From assembly GCA_002633005.1 (NCBI GenBank), contig NMRA01000457.1, forward strand, positions 1 through 37,008: DNA of 37,008 nt, read 5' to 3'. The DNA comes from Phoronis australis (taxonomy: Eukaryota > Animalia > Phoronida). Numbering within the stretch: the first letter of the stretch is position 1; every line of letters begins with the position of its first letter. The position numbers and the translations under genes were made by a program. This document shows positions 10,521-23,049 of the stretch, one piece after another. The notes beneath the pieces are model-generated. The model made no database searches and was not told the DNA's origin. It was given only the letters and a program-made list of their open reading frames with translations.

Positions 10521-12842
10521 GAGATGTGTTTATTGGAGTAAACAGGCGTCAGCACCACTGTAAAAATTAAGTACTACGCGTACCAGAGCATTACCAATAA
10601 AGAATAAAACAGCAATGATTGTAGCTGTGCTTTGAAAACCTGGAGCTGACCACTTACCATTAAGGTACAAACTTGTTACTACATACATGTAGTTTGGAAG
10701 TGATTTGCGGACCTGGTAAGATCTGTCAATTCGTTATACAGCTTGAGGCCTTGTGTAGCGTTCAAGAAATGTTGAACCTGGTCTCGAACAGTAAACAGAC
10801 TAGACTGGCAAACTTTCTGTTTGCAAACTCGCCCCCAGGGAAATTGCCACTTTGCCTCCTAAACGTCCAGCACCGTCAACTATTTACGAGAGGAAGTAGG
10901 AAAATCTAACTTGGTTTTGAAAACAATATATTTTGTTCACGTGATGCAAAAGCTCGCTTATTTTGTACATTATTCGTCAGTTTACGATCGACTCATCAGT
11001 TGAAAACAAAGGCAGCTAGTTACGTCATACGGTAATTCCCGAATATTGTGCCGAAAGACTTGGAGCACAGCATTGCCTTATCTCCAGAAACAAGAAAAAA
11101 CGATATCATTCACTGGAAAATGTAAATAAGTAAATAGAGAGCTTGAATATCACTATTTCTAAATTGCACGAATGCAATGTTCTCCGTGGTTTTACATCCA
11201 TAAAAATGTATTATATATTTTCCAAACCAATACAAAAACAGTATTCTTCGAAGGTTGCTATTAGGAAAGTGTTGCTGCCAAAAAGGGATTTGAACTCTCA
11301 TAACTCGCTGTGTGGTGTTTTGGTGTGTGCAATGTCCATGTCTAGCGAATGTCATCTGCAGTGGCTTTTTCATCACAACAGAGTAAAAAGAGTAAGGAGT
11401 TCTATGAAGAGTTAGTGTCTCAATCGTACAATGAACCCGCCGATAAGGAATTAACTCTGGTCGTGAAAACCTCTCCCATGTACGCCATCTATTTATGCTA
11501 GTAAGTACACCCTAAGAGAAAAATATCCGTCCAGAAACACGGTGTAAACTCTGACCAGTAAAAAAATCTTCAATTTTTGCAGAGACAGAACATACAAATT
11601 TTAACACAAACAGGTAAACGAAAAATGCAGATCCAGGTTCCTGTTCACGTCGTGATCTATTTGATCTGATAAAGTCCATACGTTTGTATGAGTAGTGATA
11701 AAATGGTACACTGAAGAGCAAAATTACACTGTATGTAAGTTACGACAATAAAGACGCATTATACACGTTGAAATGTCGCCTGTGAGCTTCATTTGGATAT
11801 AAGAAATTATGCTGTACCAGCCCGCCCACTTGTAGCATAAGCTGTTAACAACAGAGCCGCAACGGTACCAAGGGGCTCCGATAAGAAATAATTTGGCTCT
11901 TCAGTGAATTAGGCCTCCAATCAAATCTAGCTGAGGAAATCCAATGTTTCCTCTCTCTACTATAAACAGTGCTCTTATACAATTTACTTTTTCTACTTTC
12001 TCACGTGTACAATGTGTAAAATAATTTATGAGCTATAACATAAAAAACAACTGATTGCAAGCTGAGGATTTTAAATCCAATTTAAAAAATTGGAAGCAAG
12101 ACTTAAATTTGTCAATGAAGTTTGTCATCAAACATAAATGCATTTATCAGCGTAATCGTTTGACTATGGTAATATTCTTCGGTTATTAAAATAACAGTTC
12201 CGTGGTTTCTAGAATTTCTGTGAACAGCATATGTCTCCACCCAACTGCAAATTCATCAACAGTTGTTTTCTAATGTATTTAGACGAAGGCTGTCCTGGAC
12301 CGTGCTTGGACTTGTTCTACATTTTCTTTATAAACTATATTATTAAAGATAAGATGCAGTTTTAGAACCTGAAACTTATGCGTAGTTAGATTACAGTTCT
12401 CAGGTACGTCAGCGACACTGTCTTGTTTGAAACAAGATATGGCTCTCGTTGTTTCACGGCAGGAAGCTTAGTGTCAGACCAAACACTATTTTATCGGAAG
12501 TATTCATGGCATTCATCGTAATAGAGTATGGTTTATTTCCGTAGATAACCGACTATAGTTTTAACAGAGTTTATCTGGAAAATAAGGATACCTAACATAA
12601 TCCATTAAGAGAGTGGACTCGAAAAAGAGGGGCCGGTATGCAGGAAACTTCGGGGAAAATTTTATACTTTCGAAAGGGACGTAATCCATACATTTAAAGT
12701 TCCGTGGACAGGGTTTACTCCAGCTAGGAGAATCCACCACGACTGAAGACCCTTTTTGACAGTAACTTCCCAAGGAGCTGATTTATAATTGCTTGCATAT
12801 AAGGATTGTTAAAGGTTTAAAGTGCTTTCCAACAACAAACCA

Positions 12843-13060
12843 GGAGACAGTTTGGCTCAGTGCTTTGAGGTCCAATCTCTAGTCTCAGAGACCTGGGTTC
12901 AAATTCTGACTTTACTGACAGACAATACACCATTTCATAAATGTGTCTCCTACACCTGTAAGCTTGGTCTTAATAGTGAGCGAATGCAAAGGAGTGAATG
13001 AGAATCTGGATATAATGCGATAGCGATTTCTGGGGCAGTGTTCATATTTTTTACAACAAA
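12843..13060 (+). mobile_element. Degenerate tRNA-derived SINE
   Basis: Pol III A-box-like tggctcagtg (12853..) and B-box-like gggttcaaattc (12895..12906) at tRNA-like spacing, with no intact cloverleaf. The downstream body (12985..13043) has a second copy at 1281..1339. Confidence 0.55.
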
Positions 13061-14965
13061 ACAGTTGGTTAATGATGTACTTTCGGAAGCTGAATTATGT
13101 ACACCTTCAAGCGGCAGTCCGTTTCTAAAACAAATCATTCCACCTGTCGATGTGCTAGGTCAATCATCACCTTCCCCGGTCCTTTGTCTCACAACGCTGT
13201 TTACTCTGTTCTTTGTTAGCCCACCCCGTCTCTGCGGTTCAGAGGTCTTTATTGCTTTCGCAGTTACACAAACTGGCCCATATTGCAGTCATAATCACAG
13301 CCGTAGTTTCCCATAGTGCCATGATTTTCGTAAGGCGATGAATGAACTGAGCACCCTTGTACTTGGCAAAGATCAGTTCAAGATTATTAGTGTTTAATTG
13401 GTTATGTTATAGACTTTTCTGTGGGGAAGCGATTAAATTATCCACGATTATTTCTTAGAAAATGCAGCTTTAAGATTTTGGATACCAAGATCTAAGGTCA
13501 CGATTCATTTCGAGTTATAACATACAAAATCTGTCTCTGATTTCTTAAAAATCTGTTTTCGTCAAACTCGTGCCCATCGACTTTAAAGCGACTATAAACC
13601 CCCATTCCTTAAAGAAAATTAACTTTTTGATTTAAACTACTTACTACTTACGCACAAACACTGATCTCAAGTTGGACCTAGCTCAGAGTGGACTTTCCAG
13701 GTTTGAATGTACGGATAGTTCGTTATTGTCATTCTTGTCGCATCATTGCCCTAGCTAATATAAGCTATAACTTGTCGAGTTTCTCAAACATTAACGTTAT
13801 CAGTATCAGACTAAGTAATCTATTAAAGCCCAGAAATGACCCTTTGTGTGACTATGGGACCGTTTGTGATCAACTTCATTGCAGTAATTGACGTAAATTA
13901 ATGTCTACTTTTTGTTTCTATTAAATGACCAAGGCGGGATTCTAGTCGCTAGAACTACATTTGTGTAGCAGACTCTTTAAACATCAATTTAAACAGCCGT
14001 TAAATTTATCGTTCTAGCCTCTCGGAGGATCGCTTCTCGATAAATTTGCCATAGGTGTCGCTGAAGAATCAGTTTTACATCAATATCAAATACTGACCTA
14101 CATGGAGACGCAACATCCCACTGAGCGACTCGCAAGAACCTGTGAGCTTGTTACGATATTTTGCTTACAAGGTGTTCAGATATCCTCTTTTGTCTTCATC
14201 ATCGTTCTCTCCACCAATTGACGGTAGGACATTTGTTGTTTCGTCTTGATTTTGCGGGTTTTTGAGTGACGACGAGTGATTTTGATCACAGTTGACCTTG
14301 ACAACTGGACGGATTTCTTCGAAAACGGTGGGTTGCTACTGAAACGACTGGACAATAGTATGCTTTTGTGGTACCGCTGATATCGTCTCATGTGTATAAA
14401 AGAACCAGGTTTCGACCACATGATGGTAGTAGACATCCTTATCGGGCAATTATTTTTCCGAATGCCAAGGTACCGAGCTCGGATGGATGTGGATAAAACA
14501 CAGCTCAATCTTCGATGAGACTCACTGCACCNCCCCCCCCCCCCTCCCGGATACACATACACCCACGTATTGATAATGAGTAACGTGTAAGGCAATATTG
14601 CTAGATGGCAAATGTGTTCAGTTGAGAAAAATCACACTCACATAAGTTTTGTCAGCATTGCTCAGATGTTTTGGCTAAGCTATCGAAGGGTCAAAAGGTT
14701 GCGTTCAGTTCCTGTTGGAAATTCCAGTCTAGCCCTGTATCTTACTAGGTTATTTCAGAAATGAGCTAGATATATGGGCTTATCGAATCAGCACTTGTTT
14801 TTTACTGAAAAGACGAATTCGCATTTATCGTCACAATGCAAAGAGGTTCTTCGTAAGCAGACCTTATCTCAAAGGTTTTTCAGATAAGTAGTAGGGATTT
14901 GGCTCGGCCAAATGCGGGCACATAGCAGTTATAATCAATACTCAATCAACTGACCTGAACTATCC

Positions 14966-15030
14966 CAGGGCCGTAGGAATCGGGGGGGCAGGGGGGGGGC
15001 AGGGGGGCACAGGCCCCCCAAAAATTTTCA
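14966..15030. mobile_element. Single hAT-like terminus with G-run subterminal motif
   Basis: cagggccgtagga followed by gggggggcagggggggggcaggggggcacaggcccccc, similar in style to the termini at 8071 and 1585. No partner end was found. Confidence 0.35.
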
Positions 15031-15285
15031 GGCGTCAAGATTAAACTAGCAACCGACATAGTTGTGGGGCCGAGGACAGTTGAGAAAAGAAAGATAAAAG
15101 AGGAAATTTAAGAGAACATTTAACAACTCTGCATCAGAGCATGGTTTACCTTTTCAGGACCCTGGCGAGGACATTGTCGGTATGGACTCCGATTTTGCAG
15201 CACTTGAAAACGTGCACGAAATCAATCATACATAAATTTCGAAAAACCGAGAAAATTTGTAAAGCGAAGCTTTTGCGGAGCGTAC

Positions 15286-15552
15286 TTCTTCTTCAGCGTT
15301 CCCGTTATGGGTGAGATGGTTCTCTTCTGCAGGGTAGGTCGTACAGGTACAGAAGGTTTGCCCGCTGTCATTAGCCGACATGCTCCGTCTTCGTGGCAGC
15401 GTATGGCTTTATTTCGGATTTCTTCTTCAGCGTTCCCATTATGGGTGAGATGGTTCTCTTCTGCAGGGTAGGTCGTACAGGTACAGAAGGTTTGCCCGCT
15501 GTCATTAGCCGACATGCTCCGTCTTCGTGGCAGCGTATGGTTTTATTTCGGA
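15286..15552. repeat. Tandem duplication, 134-bp period, 2 copies
   Basis: 15286..15418 and 15420..15552 differ at 2 positions (cccGttat/cccAttat, tggCttt/tggTttt). Confidence 0.95.
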
Positions 15553-15858
15553 GTGGCCTTCTCCTAGACTGGTTGTCTTTTAAGGCTGATATGCCCAGTC
15601 TGCCCAGGTTTTGATGTAAGAGTTGTCCTTCTCGTAGGTGACAGGAGCAATGTTTTTACAGGGTAAGGGAGTTGGCCTTACGCCAAACCTTAGTGTGACC
15701 CTAGGCAGTGTTTGGGGTGAATTTCGTCTGATCTCTACCTTTCGACCTTCCCGGCATGGGTAGTCCTGTCAAGAGTTTTAAACTCCCGCCGGTAAAGCTC
15801 TAGAGGTCATGGAGATACGCAAGCTGTTCGGCTACGACAAGGCATGACCCCAGGAACA
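15287..15858 (-). mobile_element. Non-autonomous RTE-derived retroposon (5'UTR fused to 3' end, no ORF2) with duplicated 3' end
   Basis: Perfect 11-bp TSD cggagcgtact (15276..15286; 15859..15869). The minus strand starts with RTE/BovB-like 5'UTR sequence (ccttgtcgt...gcttgcgt...atgacc...gagct...cccatgcc...ggtcg) and ends in a cccat-aatggg hairpin and a (GAA)n tail. Confidence 0.8.
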
Positions 15859-17442
15859 CGGAGCGTACTAATTTACTGGATTTTTAAATTCAATAATTTG
15901 TGAATGCAAAACTACATTTTTCCATATGCTCCTCTCTGTCAAGGGATAACGGAGACAACTTTCGCTTTAGGTTTTTCTCGAAGGTGTATATTACTTGAGA
16001 AAAATTGATGACCTGACAGATAAAATCAATTTCTGCGAATTTCCTGATATTTGAAATTATAGATATTTTCATATTGAGTGGCCCCGCCCTTGAAGGAGGC
16101 CATTGATGACGTTCAAGTGGCCACCCTTTTTGTGTTTTTATTGACAAATTCTTAGGGGGCCGCTCACGGAGAGAGGGCACAATGTCGGAATCGATTACCT
16201 CTATTTTCCTGTGAAATCGTGCAACCGGCTTTCATGTTGAAGGACGTCACTCCCTGCATCGTTTTGGGACCACACGATGGTGGAATGCATTGCCACTCTT
16301 TTTTCCATGCTTCATGATGTTTAGCCTTTCATCTCAAGGAGTCAAATTTCAGACGGTACCCTCTCTCGTTGAAGCAGTTCGGGGAAATGTCCCTTTGTCC
16401 CTTTTTATATGTAAATCCGACACTGCCAAGTATTCACGATGGAAGTTGATATTCCAAATTTATCAAAAAAAAAACACAAAACATTCGTGCTCAGCACAGC
16501 CATTCGAACCACACAACCAAAAATGTGAAAAATACAGTAGGATCGCCGCCATCGAAAGAGTGGAATTTTGAAGAACGTGAAGACAACTATTTGTGAATTA
16601 CACAAAAGGACTATTTCCGATGGTTAGTTATAAAATACTGTTACTGTTTCCCGTAGTATCACAAGAATAGTATCTCTTTTGAAGATGGTTTCTATGAGTT
16701 GCTTGTAATGAATTCCCACATGTGGAAAACACTGCCTTCTGGGCTACTATTTGTGAAGACCGTGTACATGTCGAAAGGGGGTACTCAAAGAACTCTCGCA
16801 ATAATAAACAAAGATTTCATCGTTTTTTGTCAGTGGATTTCAAGAGTACCTCGTGATTTGTTATAGGTATCTCTGAAATGAGCAAAAATACACCTTAATA
16901 CTAATGCACCATCTTCCATATTCCCCCGGTTACCCGTCAAAAGTCTGCAAGCATGCATGCGGAAATCGCTTATAACTTTTCGTTTTGATATTAAACAAAT
17001 TGGTTGGTTTCTGATTTACTTGTTTATGTAGCTACAAAAATCGATATATTCATAGATGATTTTTGACAATTGGAAGCTAATCTTGTAAGAATTGACGATG
17101 TTTCAGTGAGAATTTAATTGCAGCCTGAAGTTGGAAAAACTCTACAACCCGATCCCCAAAAAGGGAAGTACACTAATAGAAAATTTTTGCATATCTAAAA
17201 TAACTCTCAAAGACATTGATGAAATTCGGACTCACAAACCGCAGATAGAAAAACGGTTTAAAAATCCTTAAATAAATAAAATTAAACTCATTGCTTGGAA
17301 AGGTTGTATTGACACTTCCTTAGTGTTTTTAGTTTCCAGTAGTAGTGAGCAATGAATTATTGCTCTTCAAAACTGAATTTATTGCATGTCCTCACTTGCG
17401 TGCACGTCAAGACGGTTAGTCCGCGCAGAATCTCTGATCCAT

Positions 17443-18164
17443 GGTCACTTTGTTAATGTGAGTGCCCCCTTGGTCATTCCTTGTATAGACATAACTTGTT
17501 AGAGTGCCGTGATCTTCAAACAGACTCGCGACCAGACCACGGCGCCCGCCACAAGAGCATTTCTTCGGAAAACGAGTTTTTTTCAAAAATATTACATGTA
17601 CATGTACACTGTATGATATTACGCGAGACTACTTTACAATACACTAGTTAAATTTGAGTTACAAACGTGTGGGGTGTAATAGGATGACACGGCATGACAG
17701 ATGAGGTAAAAACGTTGCCTGTCAATTCGCCTGAATATCAGGGTTGCGGCACCACAGTATTTCCCCTAATCAAATCAAAACATATCTTAGATTAAAGAAA
17801 CTAGTTACCTAAAGAAATCAGCTATAGAGCTGCTCTTTCAGTGGTGGATCTATCTAAAATGCTTGGCTACTTTAGAAGTGTCGTCTGAAGCGCGCGCACA
17901 ATTGGTCTCCGGTTTTTTACCGATGAGCCACGAAGACTCGAAACGCGTTGATTTTCATAACAGCAATTCACAATCCAAAAAGATATTTTCAGAGTGAACC
18001 CCCCCCCCTCATTTTCTCCAAGGTGGCTTACTCGTGGTTTACACACGCTGGCGGTGCCGTTTTTGTTTTGCTGGAGACGTTTTTGTTTTTTTGTTTTTAA
18101 TTTTTGGGCCGTGGCCCGAGGGGGGTTTAAAGCCCCTGAACCCCCCCCCGTAGATCCGCCACTG
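17443..18164 (-). mobile_element. Truncated inverted copy of the hAT element's left arm (8071..8796)
   Basis: The reverse complement is collinear with 8071..8796, with scattered substitutions. It ends in the TIR tagatccgccactg (18151..18164). Similarity stops abruptly at 17443. Confidence 0.92.
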
Positions 18165-19691
18165 CGGATCAAAAGCTTACAATATTTTTATTTCTGACCT
18201 TGTTTGTTCACATGGCATGCTTGATTATTGGTGTGTGTCTATTGGCATCCTGGCGTAGGCGAGCGAAATACAATGTATCGTGTCTATTGCAGCTGAAATT
18301 AAAGTTTCGGGACAATCGAACTCCTAAGAGTTGGCACATGCGAAGCATACTTGCCAAATCTACCGATTTTGGGGAGATTGTTCCACTCTTAGATAGTATG
18401 TCATGTTGTTCAGGTACACCATCAAAATGTGCCTCTTTCTATCACACAGGGAAGTTCATTTGAATAACAGACCTCCATTATAGCGGTATTGCACGCGAAA
18501 CCAAAAAACGCCGTTAGAGTGAGTTAAGGATTTACGGCACACGTGGTTACCGTTCCATCAAAAAGTCTGATAGGCTGTTTGGGCATGTTTCATAACAAGT
18601 AAGTCTCCCTTGCGTTCAGCGTTCACACAGATGTCTCGCTCTTAAGTTATACATGTAACTTGTTATCGATATGTCCTTTTACCCGAGTTTCCCGTTTTAT
18701 CCTCATCCAATGTTAGCAACAATGCGATTAGCCACGAGGTGAACAACAGCAGTATAACAGTTTTGTTTTCATCAATTCAAGCCGGGATATAGAAAGGAAA
18801 TAAGCTGCGTTGGAGACTACTTTTCACTGCAATAATGAATTTTGAAAAAAATTAACGCTAAATCAAAATGACTGAAACAAGATTTGCCAGTGGAATAGAT
18901 AAAACCCAAACAAAATGTTAGTTGTGGGCATGGGATATGCGTGCACAAACCTGGGTAAGGATTACATCGTCTCAAATGGTCGCAGACATTAAAATTGTGT
19001 AGAAACAGCCCCGTTATACTAGCGGACACGAAGTTAACCAGCGAAATCTAAATCGTGCGAACGTGTTTCTTTCTCTAAGCCAAATATTATTCAGTCCTAT
19101 TCGTCTGCCGCCTGTGATTACCGTTTACCCTACTAGATTGCACAGCAATCGACTCCGCGCACTAGTGTGGTGGGAATAGTACAAAGACAATGGGATTGAG
19201 AACTTATTTCAATGCAGCTAAACACGTGAAACGTACTTATCTCTAAATGTGAATTTGAGGTATGGTAATAAACACACATTGCGTGTATGTAAGTCACAGT
19301 CTTACAACCCTTACAATTGTGTACGACGAAATAACCATAAAATGGACGTTCAACAAAAAAAACGAGATGCGATATTTGAGAACGAAGAAATTGGATGAAA
19401 AGGCAATGTTAACAGCACAGCTTTTACGTGATATTTTTGTTGCCTAACTCCAGCATATATCACCAGGGCAACTTCCCATGTCTCGCGCAAACGCACCAAA
19501 AACTGGTTCCCGTACACTAGCTCGTACTCGTGCGAACGGACAGCTAAGCAAAGCAAAATGCACATTTGTATAGTATTGGTGAAGTCGCTTGGTGCACGTC
19601 ACCGCGTGTAGCCTACCTACATTGTGTGTGTTTCCTAATCTTTTCTCATGTTATAAAGATCTTTGAAATATTCGATTTTGTTGTAGGAACT

Positions 19692-21023
19692 ATGGCACAC
19701 TGTAAAGACGTGGAGGAATTTAATCGAATCCTTGAATGTCCCATTTGCATTGAACGCATCAAGAAACCACGAATCTTACCGTGCCTGCACTCATTTTGTG
19801 AAAGGTGCATTGGGCGACACATGGACGAAAAACAAAAAGACAGCTCATTCCCATGCCCGTTATGCAACACAAAGTTTCAGGTACCGCGAGATGGCGCTAG
19901 AGGTTTCAAACGTAACATGTATCTGGAATTGATTGGTGACCTTTTCCCAGAAGTTTCTGACGTGAAATGTGAGCTCTGTCAACTCCGAGGTTTGGACAAC
20001 CCGGCGTTGTCTATGTGCATTAATTGCCAGGAATATCTCTGTCAGCGCTGTGCTAAGAATCATTGCTACACTAAGTCATCTTTGAATCACAAAGTGGCCA
20101 GCTTGGAAAAGATCAGAAGTGGTCAGTTCATTGAAGAAATTCGTCGTTCCCAACGCATTCATTGCACCCGTCACCCTGAAGAAGTCCTTAAGATTTACTG
20201 CGAAAATTGCACGAAGCCTTTGTGTTTGTTGTGCGCTATGCTTGAACACAAAGAACATGAAATGAGAAATGTGGAGGAAGCGGCAATTAACGCAGATGAC
20301 GTCATGCGAATGTTGCTTGATTCCTGGAAAATGGCTGCAGACCACTCTGAAGCGCTGTCAGCTGAGTGCCAGAAGGTCTTGAACAGTGTGAATGAACAAG
20401 AAGAACAACTTGTTCAGGACGCAGAGCGAAAATTTTCCGAGTTTAAAGACGAGATACTAAAAGAGATTGAGTTTCAGAAGGGGCAATCGATTAGTCACCT
20501 CAAGGACCAAATTGCCAGTGCACGCAAGAAAGCTGAAATGGCTTACAACGAAGCAAAAAAGTCTGAAATTTCGTTCAACGGGACTTTGAAATATGTTCAA
20601 AATATTTTAGATTCAGCGCAAAATGTTGAAAAGTTGCAGCAGTTCCAGGACATAAAAGTTCAGCTTGAGAAGCTAGACCTGCAAACTTTGACAACTGAAG
20701 TGACGATGCCTATTTTCAAGTTACATAATCATTTGAAAATACCCAGATTACGAATGAATGTCTCTAAAGAGCTTGAGAATCTGCAAATTTCTGTGTCGTC
20801 GTTAGAGCAGGTCCAAGCACCAAGTAAAAAGGTTATTGTTCCAACGCAACGATACGGTACTGTCGCGACGAAAGAGAAACTTTGGTCTAGTCTGTTTGAA
20901 GGCGAAAGAAACGATTCTGATGACAACGATGAATGGTATGTTGATTTTCATGACAAAATTGATGATACTTTAATGGTGGAGAGGAAGAAAAAGAAGAAGA
21001 AGGCTAGGCACACAAAGAAATAG
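19692..21023 (+). CDS. TRIM (RBCC) E3 ubiquitin ligase lacking the NHL domain; acidic then poly-Lys C-terminus, 443 aa
   Basis: The start is most likely ATG 19692 (MAHCKD as in gene 1; acceptor ttttgttgtAG ends 19686), not the TTG at 19566. Intact RING (CPIC..CLHSFCERC..CPLC), B-box1, complete B-box2 (CTRH..CENC..LCLLC..H..H) and coiled coil (ILDSAQNVEKLQQFQDI shared with gene 1). Confidence 0.9.
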   Translation: MAHCKDVEEFNRILECPICIERIKKPRILPCLHSFCERCIGRHMDEKQKDSSFPCPLCNTKFQVPRDGARGFKRNMYLELIGDLFPEVSDVKCELCQLRGLDNPALSMCINCQEYLCQRCAKNHCYTKSSLNHKVASLEKIRSGQFIEEIRRSQRIHCTRHPEEVLKIYCENCTKPLCLLCAMLEHKEHEMRNVEEAAINADDVMRMLLDSWKMAADHSEALSAECQKVLNSVNEQEEQLVQDAERKFSEFKDEILKEIEFQKGQSISHLKDQIASARKKAEMAYNEAKKSEISFNGTLKYVQNILDSAQNVEKLQQFQDIKVQLEKLDLQTLTTEVTMPIFKLHNHLKIPRLRMNVSKELENLQISVSSLEQVQAPSKKVIVPTQRYGTVATKEKLWSSLFEGERNDSDDNDEWYVDFHDKIDDTLMVERKKKKKKARHTKK

Positions 21024-21619
21024 ACTTTGACGTTAGCAAGTCTGAAAAGATGGCGAAGGAGCTTGGTTACGGCTGTCATACGATACAACATAGAACTCTG
21101 GCCTAGTTTTATGGATATAATGATACTAAATCCTTGTTTTGTCACCTTCTAAATGAATCAGTGGCTTGTCACCTGAGTGATAAAAGTAGGTTTCAACTAA
21201 AAATTCAAACCTTTTGTTTCACAAATAGGCAAATGGGGTTGTTGATGGTTGGTCTTTCCGCATAGTGTCGCCCAATGAGTTAGTCATGCTTTTCCGTTTA
21301 AAGCAGACTTTGTAAGCAGTTTTGAATTTTGCTCCAAACCTTTTTGAGAGTTGATGTGTCTTAATTAACATCGTTTTGTTCCAAAAAAATAAGATGGAAA
21401 AGTCGTTTTTAATATTTGTTATTATGTCAAAACCGGGTTGGATTTCTTAGTAATATTTCAGACTAGCCATTAACATCACAATGTCGGATATGCACACAAC
21501 AAGACTGGTAAGCACAAAGAGAGACGTGGTCCCTGCAGCACGCCCCCATCGATTGTGATTGGAGTTGTTTTAGCATTTCCCATTGTATCGGTTTGCTTTC
21601 AACAATTTGAATATTTGGC

Positions 21620-22200
21620 AAACTACGATAGGGTAAGCTTGTCTAAATGTGAAGCTTCTTGATTACTGAGCGTTGTTTCTGCGGTATGAAACACTTTTTG
21701 CAGGTTAATTAGCACTATTCCAGTAAAATCTCCTTTGTCATGTTTCTTGAGAATGTGATATGTAGGTGTGCGGAACAAATTTCCATGGCACGATGGAACG
21801 GAAACCCAACTGGAGATCACAGTCAACATAAAAATAATTGATTGTGGATGACCCACTCTAAGATCGTGGCTGGGTGTGGTCGATAAGATGGAAACTGGTG
21901 GGTAGTTCCCCAGTGCCGTATAATTTTCTTTTTATGCGGTGATACGACCTTGGCGTATTTAAAGTCTAAGGGTATCTCATCGTTAATGATACCCGTTCTT
22001 AATACATTTGGAACTAATCCTTACAGATTCATCAACTTAACAACATAATCTTTCAAAATAGTTTTCAAATAGAACTTGTGCTCTTCCGACAGCAGAAAGT
22101 CATAGTGGTTCAGTATAAATTCACATCCGTTCAGGTCAGCTATGCAGAACTCTAACACAGAAACAACTGTGGGGAAATTATAGGAATTGAAAAGTTTCCG
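21620..22200 (-). mobile_element. CR1/L2-type LINE reverse transcriptase remnant
   Basis: Minus-strand fragments in ORF2 order: IPLDFKYAKV, GNYPPVSIL (cf. NYRPISIL), LEWVIHNQ, QLGFRS (cf. QSGFR), HILKKHDKGDFTGIVLINLQKVFHT (cf. DKG..TG.VLLDL.KAFDT). Frameshifted; boundaries approximate. Confidence 0.75.
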
Positions 22201-23049
22201 AACTTCATGGGTAAAAGCTTATGTCACCCCGTACATCTACATCAAGGTTCGATGACTTGAGCCTCCACGATTTTTCAATATGATTTGTAACATTTTCTAT
22301 TGTTCATTTTTTCACTCATCTTTTCACTCAAACATCTACTCTTTGCTAGCTAGTGCAACACATCTAGCACGTGTGTACTGCTCATGGTGTCTATAATTTG
22401 AAAGGTCACGAACTCTAAATGGGCAGTTGGACATTAGTAAAATGACTAAAATGGTATTTAAATTGTTTTACCTATTCTGAAAAACATTATTTTCATGAAT
22501 TAAGAATATGGACACCCATATAGGCCTACCTTTTCCCCGTATCTCCTCTTGGAAAATGTTGCTTCATTGTTAATGGAAAGAAGTTATCAACCTTATGAGT
22601 GGAAGCGAACATCACTTTTACTGTGAAAGTCAAAACATAGTTGTGTAATATACTTTCAATTGCAGTTTCCGGCTCCATCACCACCACACTTTCCTTCACT
22701 CGGGGTCAAATTAAATCATCACGTTCCTCCCACGTCGTGTCCTTCTTAGAGCATCAGCTCCTCTGTGAATTCGTCCAAACGTTACGATAAATAGTTATAG
22801 TTGGTGGTTGACTGGCTATTCTAACATAGACGATGGATTTTACAATTGATGTGGTATTGAATTACTGATGAACAAGGAATCAGTGTTGTTCGTTGTTCTC
22901 CAGAAATCGTTGACAAGGATGTGATTTCTGGCAGCCACAATTAAGCAATGTAGTGTTTTTTATGATTCGAATATAAATGATAGATATACGTAATGTACAT
23001 TTTGCCTAAAATGCTGGTTTCTCCATGTCACTGAACCTGGAATGTTAAT

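Noticed and set aside
12843-12910. tRNA gene
   Set aside because: A and B boxes are present, but the acceptor and anticodon stems cannot be formed; a SINE head fits better.
14529-14548. N within a poly-C run, giving the 139-aa ORF 14176..14595
   Set aside because: This is an assembly ambiguity in a homopolymer; the ORF depends on it and has no recognisable domain.
8071-18164. One 10-kb macro-transposon between the outermost hAT TIRs
   Set aside because: The flanks (tttgg vs cggat) show no target duplication, while 8071..9810 has a near-match.
19566-19691. 42-aa N-terminal extension of the 485-aa ORF
   Set aside because: It starts at TTG, crosses a polypyrimidine tract and acceptor, and has no counterpart in the paralogues; ATG 19692 matches the family start.
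20878-20950. LIR (autophagy) motif in the gene 2 tail
   Set aside because: The acidic DDNDEWYVDF does not fit W/F/Y-x-x-L/I/V, and WSSL alone is too common to call.
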